Positions 18,158-29,842 of a DNA stretch of 32,000 nucleotides are shown here, one piece after another (within the stretch, counting starts at the first letter, position 1; each line of letters begins with the position of its first letter). The stretch lies in the NCBI GenBank assembly GCA_035400625.1, contig DAOMZT010000001.1, forward strand, positions 240,001 to 272,000, in the 5' to 3' direction. The DNA comes from an archaeon. GTDB lineage: Archaea; Iainarchaeota; Iainarchaeia; Iainarchaeales; CSSED10-239. Below the pieces are notes generated by a model that was not told the DNA's origin, made no database searches, and saw nothing but the letters and a program-made list of their open reading frames with translations. The translations under genes were made by a program, and so were the position numbers.

Positions 18158-18508
18158 ATGAATAAAAAAGCACAGATTAGTTTGGAGTTTATAATAATTA
18201 TAAGCTTTGTATTAATCCTTACATTGTTTTTTTCAAACTCTGTGTTTGGCACAACAGACATTAACAAAGCAATTACTAAAGTCAAGCTAAGAACAATGGA
18301 TATTTTTTCAATGGAAGGATCAATTGCACAGCTTGAAAGAATAGATTATTATGTAACAGATACCAATCTACAATTGAATCTTTATATTAATAAAAACAAA
18401 GATAATATTTTACTTACAGAAGATAAATACAATATAACAATAGAAAATTTAAAGCAATCAACAAAATTTACAGATGTTAATTTAGCATTTTATTATGTTA
18501 ACGAATAA
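18158..18508 (+). CDS. Class III signal peptide (pilin-like) protein
   Basis: 116 aa with N-terminus MNKKA|QISLEFIIIISFVLILTLFF. It starts 3 nt after the previous gene. Confidence 0.75.
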   Translation: MNKKAQISLEFIIIISFVLILTLFFSNSVFGTTDINKAITKVKLRTMDIFSMEGSIAQLERIDYYVTDTNLQLNLYINKNKDNILLTEDKYNITIENLKQSTKFTDVNLAFYYVNE

Positions 18509-18520
18509 AGAGAAAATAAC

Positions 18521-19114
18521 ATGAATAGCAAATACCTATTATTTCAATTGTTTTTTATAGCAAGCATATTTGTAAGTTTATTTATTAAACAGAATCTTTT
18601 TTTAAAGATACTTTTGGTTTGTTTGCTTTTTTTATATGGCTTGTTGATTCTTCCTGAGTTTGTATATAACAGGAATAAGTTTTTGTTTATTGGCTCTGGT
18701 TTTACTATTCTTGCTATTCTTTTTGTGATTGCTGGCTATTCAACAAACATCAATTATATGATTGTTCTATCTTGTATATTGGTTGCGTTCTTTTATTCTT
18801 CAAGAGTGTTGTTTGACACTACCTTTGGCGAAGTAATAATAACCACTCCAAAAAATGTGCAAGTTAGGTTATTAGATGATTTCTACAGGCCTGGCAAGAT
18901 CTATACAATAGACACTAAAAAGAAATATCCATTAAAATCAATTGTTTCAATAAGGCTTGTTCAATCAATTTCTAGAAAACCAAAAGAAGTTATTGGCATT
19001 CTTTGTGATAACTCTAAAACTGATTTCAAAACTTCAAAAACACAAAAAAAGCCAAAGAAGGTTATAAAAACAAGAAAAACCACAAACATTTCTAGAAAGA
19101 AAAAGAAAAAATAA
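18521..19114 (+). CDS. Hypothetical membrane protein with N-terminal TM bundle, a small beta-rich C-terminal domain (NfeD-like topology?) and a K-rich tail
   Basis: 197 aa with 3-4 TM segments. A beta-rich region follows (GEVIITTPKNVQVRLLDDFYRPGKIYTIDTKKKYPLKSIVSIRL), then KTQKKPKKVIKTRKTTNISRKKKKK. The family assignment is a guess based on topology only. Confidence 0.5.
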   Translation: MNSKYLLFQLFFIASIFVSLFIKQNLFLKILLVCLLFLYGLLILPEFVYNRNKFLFIGSGFTILAILFVIAGYSTNINYMIVLSCILVAFFYSSRVLFDTTFGEVIITTPKNVQVRLLDDFYRPGKIYTIDTKKKYPLKSIVSIRLVQSISRKPKEVIGILCDNSKTDFKTSKTQKKPKKVIKTRKTTNISRKKKKK

Positions 19115-19125
19115 GACTAATAGAA

Positions 19126-19515
19126 ATGTTTGAAAAGAAATTATTCAAGATACTTATCTTTACAAGTGCCTTTGCCCTTTTGGGCATTCTAACAATTATG
19201 TATTTCTTTGAGGCATCTTTAGTTTCTATTTCTTTTCTTTTATCAGAAGATGCAAAAGTTGGTGTTTATCTTGTTTCTGGAAACCTAAAAAACATAGAAA
19301 TTAAATCAAATGTTCTTTTTTTCGAGCTTTGCGATTCTTATGATTGCATTTCAGGAGTTTATTTTAATCCCACAAACAAAACAGCAGAAAGACTAGAATA
19401 TGCAAGAGAGGCAAACCAAGAGATTACAATAAAATCCAGATTTGAGTATTATTATGGCTCTCCAGAGATTATTGCCTACAAGTTTTATTTTGATAAGTGT
19501 GGAGGTTACTCATGA
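19126..19515 (+). CDS. Membrane-anchored protein with an OB-fold-like domain
   Basis: 129 aa. One N-terminal TM segment is present (ILIFTSAFALLGILTIMYFF). It is followed by a pattern typical of OB folds (KVGVYLVSGNLKNIEIKSNVLFFELCDSYDCISGVYFNP...QEITIKSRFEYYYGSPEIIAYKF). The TGA stop overlaps the next gene's ATG (ATGA at 19512-19515). Confidence 0.55.
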   Translation: MFEKKLFKILIFTSAFALLGILTIMYFFEASLVSISFLLSEDAKVGVYLVSGNLKNIEIKSNVLFFELCDSYDCISGVYFNPTNKTAERLEYAREANQEITIKSRFEYYYGSPEIIAYKFYFDKCGGYS

Positions 19516-20513
19516 TTTTTATAGAGATCTTTTTGGGCGTGTTTCTGGGGTTTTTATTAGGGGTTATTCCTTGCTTTCACCTTAATGTTTTAGCATATCT
19601 TTTGCTTTTTTTAGGTGCATTTTCAATTATTACAAACTCTTTTTATTTTTTCTTTTCTCTTGCAATATCTATGACCATTAGTGGCATAATGCCTTTGCTG
19701 TTTTTCAACGTGTCAACCATTGACAATTACTCACTAAATCTTGGACAGCCCAATTGCCAAAACCCCTCTCTTTATATTTCTGGCTTTCTTTTCGGTTCTT
19801 TGTTTGCTGTTTTTCTCTTGCCTTTATTTTATCTTCTTTTTCTTTTTTTCTCTAATTTCTTTGTTTTTATTTTTCTTGTGTTGTTGTTTGTTCTTGCCTA
19901 TTTTGTTTTATCAGATAGCAATAAGCTTTTGGCATTTGTAATTGTTCTTTTTTCTGGAGTTTTAGGCATAATCACTCTAAAGTACAATTTCTTTTTCTCA
20001 GAGCCCCTTTTGCCTTGTATCTTTGGCCTGTTTGCCTTGCCAACCTTGGTTTTTTCGATTTTTGATAATACAGAAGAAAGGTGTGACTCCAAATCTGTCC
20101 AAGAAATAATGAGTTTTAAGAGTGCGATTTTCTCTTCCTTTCTCGGTTCTCTCTTTTCCTCAGTAATTGCAATTATCCCTTCTTTAAGCCCAGGCATGTC
20201 CCAAGTCTTTCCTGCAACTTTTTCAGAAAGGCTTTCAAAGAACAGCAGAAAAGTTCTTCTTTCAAGCACATTAATTTCTGTTATCCTAATCTATTTTTTT
20301 ATGGCAGCAATCTTTAAAAAATCAAGACTGGGTTTTGTTTCTGTTCTTTTAGAGAAAGGGCTTGTCCCTTCCTTTTCTTTTCCAGACATCTTACTTCTTT
20401 GTTTTGTTTTTGTGTTTGCAGTCTCTCTTTCTTGTATTCTCCTGTATTTTTCATACCCATTGATTTCTAAATTCATTTCTCTTCTTCCAAAAAAACAACC
20501 CTTCTTTGTGTAA
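19512..20513 (+). CDS. Polytopic membrane protein, TctA/DUF112-like; reading frame probably continues to 20674 after a -1 shift at an A7 run
   Basis: The ATG at 19512 has GGAGG 6 nt upstream, whereas the track start at 19497 is GTG. Two internally repeated G..(I/L)P..(S)PG-type segments (FLGFLLGVIPCFHLN and FLGSLFSSVIAIIPSLSPGMS) resemble TctA-family halves. The stop at 20511 is followed by a 59-codon hydrophobic continuation in the -1 frame, with no ATG until near its end. Confidence 0.6.
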   Translation: MIFIEIFLGVFLGFLLGVIPCFHLNVLAYLLLFLGAFSIITNSFYFFFSLAISMTISGIMPLLFFNVSTIDNYSLNLGQPNCQNPSLYISGFLFGSLFAVFLLPLFYLLFLFFSNFFVFIFLVLLFVLAYFVLSDSNKLLAFVIVLFSGVLGIITLKYNFFFSEPLLPCIFGLFALPTLVFSIFDNTEERCDSKSVQEIMSFKSAIFSSFLGSLFSSVIAIIPSLSPGMSQVFPATFSERLSKNSRKVLLSSTLISVILIYFFMAAIFKKSRLGFVSVLLEKGLVPSFSFPDILLLCFVFVFAVSLSCILLYFSYPLISKFISLLPKKQPFFV

Positions 20514-20684
20514 TTCTTTTTTCCGTTCTTTTGATTGTTCTTGTAACAAACATCTATTCTATTTTTCTTATTATTTTGTCTTTTCTGATTGGTCTTTTGC
20601 CAATAGTCTATAATAAAAACAAATTGCTTCTTATGTCTTATTTAATATTGCCAACAATTATGTTTTACATTTAGGTGAAAAGTT

Positions 20685-21056
20685 ATGGAAAACTGGAAAA
20701 TTAAAAAAAATGTGCTCCTCTCAATCATGGAATTATCAAAATCTTCTTTTCCAAACGAGTTTAGTGGAATGCTTGTTGGGGACAAAGACAAAAAGTTAAT
20801 TGATGACATTTACATAATCCCTGCAACCCAAAACCACAGAAACTCTTCAAGCATAAGATTAGATCTGGTACCGATGTCTTTCTCTATAATAGGTACTGTG
20901 CATTCTCACCCATCAGGTTCTGCACACCCTTCAAGAGCAGACCTTAATTTCTTTCAAAGCAAGTCAGTAAATATAATCACCAACTACCCTTTTGGGCTAA
21001 AAGACTTTAAGGTCTATGACAATTCTGGCAATGATATTTTCCTAGAAATAATCTGA
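20685..21056 (+). CDS. Stand-alone JAMM/MPN+ metalloprotease-like protein
   Basis: 123 aa. The JAMM motif is HSHPSGSAHPSRAD (H-x-H-x7-S-x2-D), with an upstream Glu (NEFSGML). GGTGA lies 7 nt before the ATG. Confidence 0.85.
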   Translation: MENWKIKKNVLLSIMELSKSSFPNEFSGMLVGDKDKKLIDDIYIIPATQNHRNSSSIRLDLVPMSFSIIGTVHSHPSGSAHPSRADLNFFQSKSVNIITNYPFGLKDFKVYDNSGNDIFLEII

Positions 21057-21206
21057 TTTTCCCTCAAAACTACCCTAAAAAAGCAAAGTTTAATAAAGGC
21101 GATGGCAAAAAGCATTTATTACTTTTGCAACACAATTCTATTAGAGCAAGAAATAGCAATATTTTCTTTGCCCGAGTTACTAAAACAAAAATTTTAAGGT
21201 ATATCT

Positions 21207-21713
21207 ATGAGTGGTAATGACAAAAATATGACAATTGAAGAAGAAATTGAATTGATTAAGCAAAAGCTTGAAGAGCAAGATAAGTTATCAAAAGAATATC
21301 TTAATCTCTTACAAAGATCTCAAGCAGACTTTATCAATTACAAAAACAGGATAGAGAAGGAAACAAAAGACATTATCTTTATTGAAACAAGCAAAATATT
21401 CTGTGAGTTTCTAGGTTACAGAGAAACACTATTACATGCTCTTGAAAAAGAGCCAGACAAGAAACTAAAAGAAAGTCTTTCTCATCTCCTTACAAGCTTT
21501 GACAATATTCTTAAAAGATTTAAGCTAGAAAAGCTAGATGTCCTAAATAAAGACTTTGACATGAACACAAGCGATTGCGTTTCTAAGCTTGAGGTAACAG
21601 ATGAAAACCAAAACAACAAAGTCATAGCGATTGTTGAGGAAGGTTTTCTTCAAAATAAAAGATTAATAAAACCAGCAAAAGTAGTTGTTGGGACATATGT
21701 GAAAAAAGAATAA
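21207..21713 (+). CDS. grpE: Nucleotide exchange factor GrpE
   Basis: 168 aa. The N-terminus is coiled-coil. The GrpE signature LQRSQADFINYKNRIEKE is present. The gene sits immediately upstream of dnaK. Confidence 0.88.
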   Translation: MSGNDKNMTIEEEIELIKQKLEEQDKLSKEYLNLLQRSQADFINYKNRIEKETKDIIFIETSKIFCEFLGYRETLLHALEKEPDKKLKESLSHLLTSFDNILKRFKLEKLDVLNKDFDMNTSDCVSKLEVTDENQNNKVIAIVEEGFLQNKRLIKPAKVVVGTYVKKE

Positions 21714-21726
21714 ACGGTGGTAAAAT

Positions 21727-23544
21727 ATGGCAAAATCAAAAGTTATTGGAATAGATCTTGGTACAACCTATTCTGCAGTTTCTGTAGTTGAGGCTGGACA
21801 ACCAAAGATTCTAATAAACAACGAAGGCTCAAGAATAACTCCTTCTGTTGTTAGTCTAAGTAATGACGAAATTATTGTTGGTGCTCTTGCAAAAAGGCAA
21901 GCAGTTGTTAATCCAGATAACACCATATATTCAATAAAAAGAAAAATGGGCACAAACGACAAAGTGACTTTAGGTGGCAAGAAGCAAAGCCCAGAACAGA
22001 TCTCTGCTTATATTCTGCAAAAATTAAAAAAAGATGCAGAAGAGCAACTTGGTCAAAAGATTACTCAAGCAGTAATAACAGTTCCTGCTTATTTTTCAGA
22101 CTCTCAAAGAAAAGCAACAAAGGCTGCAGGAGAGATTGCTGGTCTTGAGGTTCTAAGAATAATAAACGAGCCAACAGCAGCAGCTCTTGCCTATGGTCTT
22201 GATAAGAAACATGCTCATACAATTTTAGTGTTTGATTTTGGTGGTGGAACATTTGATGTATCTATTCTAGAATTATCTGATGGCGTCTTTGAGGTAAAAT
22301 CAACAGCTGGTGACAATCAATTAGGTGGTGATGACATTGACCAAAAAATAATTGATTATCTTGTCTCAGAATTCAAGAAAAAAGAAGGCATAGACCTAAC
22401 AAAAGACAAAATGGCAATGCAAAGATTAAAAGACGAATCAGAAAAGGTCAAGATAGAGTTATCAACAACCCTAAAAGCCACTGTTAATATTCCTTACATA
22501 ACTGCAACACCAGATGGTCCAAAACACTTAAACATAGAACTTACAAGAGCAAAGCTTGAAGACTTGTGTACAGATATCTTCAAAAGATTAGAAATACCAA
22601 CAAAACAAGCAATTGCTGATTCTAAATTAGATGTCTCAAAAATTGATGAAGTAATACTAGTAGGCGGCTCAACAAGAATCCCAAAAGTCGTTGAGTTGGT
22701 TGAAAAATTAACTGGCAAAAAAGCAAATAAGTCCATTAATCCTGATGAGGTTGTAGCAATGGGTGCAGCAATACAAGGGGCAGTTCTTGCAGGTGAAGTT
22801 AAAGATATTTTGCTTCTTGATGTTACTCCTTTGTCTTTAGGTATAGAGACATTAGGCGGGGTCTTTACAAAGTTACTTGAAAGAAACACAACAATACCAA
22901 CAAAGAAGTCTCAAATTTTCTCAACAGCTTCAGATAGTCAAACAGCTGTTGACATCCATGTTCTTCAAGGCGAAAGGCCATTAGCCAAAGATAACTTAAC
23001 TCTTGGCAGATTCCAGTTGATAGGTATTCCTCCAGCTCCAAGGGGTGTTCCTCAGATCGAAGTTACCTTTGATATAGATGCTAATGGCATAATCAATGTT
23101 TCTGCTAAAGATCTAGGAACCGGCAAGTCCCAAGCAATCAAGATAACTTCAACAACCTCTCTAAGCAAAGAAGAAATTGAGAGATTAAAAAAAGAGGCAG
23201 AAGAACATGCTGAAGAAGACAAGAAGACCCAAGAAAAAATAGAAATAAAACACAGGGCAGAATCTTTAGTATATTCTGTTGATTCAGTTCTTGAAGAAGC
23301 AAAAGCAAAACTATCTCCTGAAGATATAGAAGAAATAAAAAAGCAAAAAGCAGATCTTCAATCAGCAATAGATAGTGATGCTTCAGATATTGAAGAAAAA
23401 ACAACAGCTCTTCAAAAAAAGCTTTATGAGATTTCAACAAAGCTTTACCAAAATTCAGCTTCTCAAGAAAAACAAGAAGAACCTAAAGGCAAAGATGATA
23501 AAGAAAAAACAGTAGATGCAGATTACACAACTGAAGACAAATAA
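21727..23544 (+). CDS. dnaK: Hsp70 chaperone DnaK
   Basis: 605 aa. Signature segments [24 protein letters not shown] and [13 protein letters not shown] are present, plus a substrate-binding domain and a helical lid. Confidence 0.97.
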   Translation: MAKSKVIGIDLGTTYSAVSVVEAGQPKILINNEGSRITPSVVSLSNDEIIVGALAKRQAVVNPDNTIYSIKRKMGTNDKVTLGGKKQSPEQISAYILQKLKKDAEEQLGQKITQAVITVPAYFSDSQRKATKAAGEIAGLEVLRIINEPTAAALAYGLDKKHAHTILVFDFGGGTFDVSILELSDGVFEVKSTAGDNQLGGDDIDQKIIDYLVSEFKKKEGIDLTKDKMAMQRLKDESEKVKIELSTTLKATVNIPYITATPDGPKHLNIELTRAKLEDLCTDIFKRLEIPTKQAIADSKLDVSKIDEVILVGGSTRIPKVVELVEKLTGKKANKSINPDEVVAMGAAIQGAVLAGEVKDILLLDVTPLSLGIETLGGVFTKLLERNTTIPTKKSQIFSTASDSQTAVDIHVLQGERPLAKDNLTLGRFQLIGIPPAPRGVPQIEVTFDIDANGIINVSAKDLGTGKSQAIKITSTTSLSKEEIERLKKEAEEHAEEDKKTQEKIEIKHRAESLVYSVDSVLEEAKAKLSPEDIEEIKKQKADLQSAIDSDASDIEEKTTALQKKLYEISTKLYQNSASQEKQEEPKGKDDKEKTVDADYTTEDK

Positions 23545-23559
23545 AAGAGATGAACCACA

Positions 23560-24702
23560 TTGGCAGAAAAGAAAGATCTTTATGAGATCTTGGGTGTTAA
23601 AAAAAACGCAAGTGCTGAAGAGCTTAAACATGCTTACAAGCAACTTGTAAAAAAATATCACCCAGATATCTCTAAAGAGCCAAATGCTGAAGAAAAGCTA
23701 AAAGAAATAACTCATGCATATTCCATCCTAGGCGATGCAGAAAAAAGAAAGCAATATGACATGGTAGGTGATGCGGCTTTCTCAGGTGGTGGTTATCAAG
23801 ATTTCAATTTCTCTGGCGACTTTGATTTTGATCTTTCTAAGATCTTTTCTCGCTTTGGTTTTTCTGAAGATGATTTTTTTGAAACTTTTTCTGGCTTTAG
23901 AAACACAGGTTTTAGTAAACGCCAAGAACAAGCAAACCTTGATCTAAAAACAAAAATTGACATTGATTTTTTAACTTCTGCTAAAGGTGGCAAAAAAGAA
24001 TTTAAAATAGACAAGGATGTTTCCTGTGATGCTTGTGAAGGCACAGGTTCAAAATCCAAATCTAAAACAACCTGCTCCCAATGTAATGGCAGAGGAAGAA
24101 CACTAATAAAAAGGCAAACTCCATTTGGAGTTTTTGCAATTGAAAAGCTTTGTTCTAAATGTCAAGGGGCTGGTACAACAATTACCGATCCTTGTAAGTC
24201 TTGTGGTGGCAAAGGCTATGTCAAAAGATCTACAAATTTAACTGTTGATATTCCTGCAGGTGTCAATAACTGGGATATCATAAGACTTAGAGGAGCAGGC
24301 AATCAGCAAGGCGGGCAAGTAGGGGATTTGTTTATTCAAGTGTTTGTAAAAAACCACGAGTTTTTCAGAAGAGAAGGCTTTGATCTTTATTGTGAGATCC
24401 CAATAATTTATTCTGATTTAATTCTTGGAACAAAAATAAAAATAAAAGGCATTCAAGATGTAATCACATTAAACATTCCTTCTGGCACAAAGCCAGGAAC
24501 TATCTTTAAGGTTGCTGGCAAAGGCGTTCCTGACCCTAACAAAAGAGGTCTTCGTGGCTCTATGTTTGTTAAAGCAATTTTAGCTGAGCCTGTTGACGTC
24601 AATCGCGAGTATAAACTGCTTCTTGAAAAGCTTGCTGGCATTGATGCAAAGACCAAAAAGAAAATACAAGATAAGTTCAAAGATTACATTAGTTTTTTAT
24701 AA
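23560..24702 (+). CDS. dnaJ: Hsp40 co-chaperone DnaJ (type I)
   Basis: 380 aa. The J-domain has KKYHPD. A G/F-rich linker follows. There are four CxxCxGxG zinc motifs (CDACEGTG, CSQCNGRG, CSKCQGAG, CKSCGGKG). The start is TTG at 23560 because no in-frame ATG lies upstream of the J-domain. Confidence 0.93.
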   Translation: MAEKKDLYEILGVKKNASAEELKHAYKQLVKKYHPDISKEPNAEEKLKEITHAYSILGDAEKRKQYDMVGDAAFSGGGYQDFNFSGDFDFDLSKIFSRFGFSEDDFFETFSGFRNTGFSKRQEQANLDLKTKIDIDFLTSAKGGKKEFKIDKDVSCDACEGTGSKSKSKTTCSQCNGRGRTLIKRQTPFGVFAIEKLCSKCQGAGTTITDPCKSCGGKGYVKRSTNLTVDIPAGVNNWDIIRLRGAGNQQGGQVGDLFIQVFVKNHEFFRREGFDLYCEIPIIYSDLILGTKIKIKGIQDVITLNIPSGTKPGTIFKVAGKGVPDPNKRGLRGSMFVKAILAEPVDVNREYKLLLEKLAGIDAKTKKKIQDKFKDYISFL

Positions 24703-24757
24703 TTTTTTTCTTTTTCTTAATTTTATTATAAAATAAGATATATTTAAAAAACAACCC

Positions 24758-24794
24758 ATCACATATTATGTCATATGATGACATATTATGTGAT
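24758..24794. repeat. 37-nt near-perfect palindrome (17-bp stem with 1 mismatch and a 3-nt loop) in a convergent intergenic spacer; possible bidirectional terminator or binding site
   Basis: The sequence is ATCACATATTATGTCAT-ATG-ATGACATATTATGTGAT. It also contains the direct repeat ACATATTATGT at 24761-24771 and 24781-24791. It lies between the dnaJ stop (24702) and the PolD DP2 stop (24815). Confidence 0.5.
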
Positions 24795-24814
24795 AGAATG
24801 AAAACCACAATAAT

Positions 24815-28374
<3,560 letters not shown>

Positions 28375-28378
<4 letters not shown>

Positions 28379-29838
28379 TTATCTTCCTGTTTTTCAAAAT
28401 CTTTTATGCATAATTTTTGGTTCTTCAAATTAAATAAAATTGCTTTAGAAACTGTTGGTATGTGTCCTAGCTCTTTTTGATATGATGTTATTGATTGCCA
28501 ACATGATGTGCTGACAAGATGACAGCTCTTGTATTTTGAATATGCATGATGATGTATATGTCCGCAAACAAACACATCTGGTATTTCTTTCATTGTTAAG
28601 AAGTTTTTCTCTATCGGAATGAATGTTTGTTTTTCCCCAAATTGTGGCATCAAGTCTCTTCTTTTAAGCAGTTCTTTTTGTGCTAAGTCTGGTCGGTCCA
28701 TTTTTTGACCTTTTATTTTTCCAAATATCCCATGTAATGACACGCCATGGTATATGAGAAACATCAGGCCTTCAAGTTCAACCCATGAAGGCGAGCCCAT
28801 AACATGTATATTTTTCTTAGAATAAAGGTTTGGTAAAAACTTCTCAGGAATACTTGGTTGTGGGTCTGATAATCTCACAGCATCATGGTTTCCTGGTATT
28901 AAAAAAACTTCAATGTCTTCTGGTATCTTTAGTATATATTCTTCAAACGCCTTATACTGTTCAAAGATATCTGTTATTGCAAGTTCATTAAGCTGTTTGG
29001 GATATATTCCAATACCATCTACAAGGTCTCCAGCAATAATAACATATTTTATTTTCTCAATAATTTTTTTATCAACTTCAGAAACATTAAAAGCATTTAG
29101 CCATTCAATAAAGTTTGTGAACTCATCTTCTCTAAAAAGCTTGCTTCCAACATGCGTGTCTCCAAGTATTACAACATAGCAATCGTCCTTTAATGTTTCT
29201 GTCTTTGTTTGATAAGGAATGTCAGCATACATTATTTCTCTTGCGATAAATAGATCTTTTGATAAAACAGAACATTTAATGCCAATGACATTATCCATTA
29301 GTATTTCCTTAGGATTAATCTCATCTATGCTATTGTTCTTTTCTTTGTTTTCCATCACCACAACATTTACTTTCCCTGTCGGGTCATCAATAGTTAATAG
29401 AAGGTTTCCATTCTTTGTTGTTCTCTTGTCAAGCACCATTCCAATTACATGCACTTCTTTTCCTTTAATTTCTCTTTTTGCATCAGCAATTGTCTGATAG
29501 CTAAAATCTACTCTTTTTTTAATAATTTCAGAAAGAGTATCATACTTATCTAGAAAAAGAGAGAGAAAGTCTTCAACACTCCCTTGTGATAGTTTTTTCC
29601 CAGTAACATCTAAGCTATCAAGTATCCTGTAGTTTTTTCCATTTGTTGTTATTTCTTGGCTTGTTCCATTAAAAGAGCTGATTACTTTTCTAATATCTTC
29701 AGTACCAACAAATATTTTTTTTTCATCTGCAAGTTTATCAAGTATTTTTTTATAGTTATTATTATTCAAAAGTCTTAAGCAATCCTCGCTAATTATCAGA
29801 TCCTTATTCTGTGCATAACAGATGATTTTGGAATCCAT
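28375..29838 (-). CDS. polB: DNA polymerase II (PolD) small subunit DP1 (3'-5' exonuclease, calcineurin-like phosphoesterase fold)
   Basis: 487 aa. It has an OB-like region and then metallophosphatase motifs (LGDTHVGS, AGDLVDG, GNHD, GHIHH). It is translationally coupled to DP2. Confidence 0.93.
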
Positions 29839-29842
29839 GTTT

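Noticed and set aside
11136-18508. Interpretation of the filament locus as an archaellum (motility) operon
   Set aside because: There is no FlaH/ArlH (KaiC-like) gene, no FlaF/G and no FlaCDE/X. The platform is split into two genes, and the pilin-like proteins are short and diverse rather than archaellin-like.
19741-20476. ORFs 19741..19941 (+), 19898..20269 (-) and 20291..20476 (-) inside the TctA-like gene
   Set aside because: They are alternative-frame or antisense products of a T/C-rich membrane-protein gene. They have low-complexity translations and no start signals.
21057-21206. CIRCE/HrcA-type heat-shock operator upstream of grpE
   Set aside because: No TTAGCACTC-N9-GAGTGCTAA-like element is present. 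Only weak 5-6-bp inverted repeats occur, which are compatible with chance.
24703-24814. Possible C/D-box sRNA, because ATGATGA occurs at about 24775-24781
   Set aside because: No CTGA D box or D'/C' pair occurs at an appropriate distance on either strand. The ATGATGA is simply the loop and stem junction of the palindrome.
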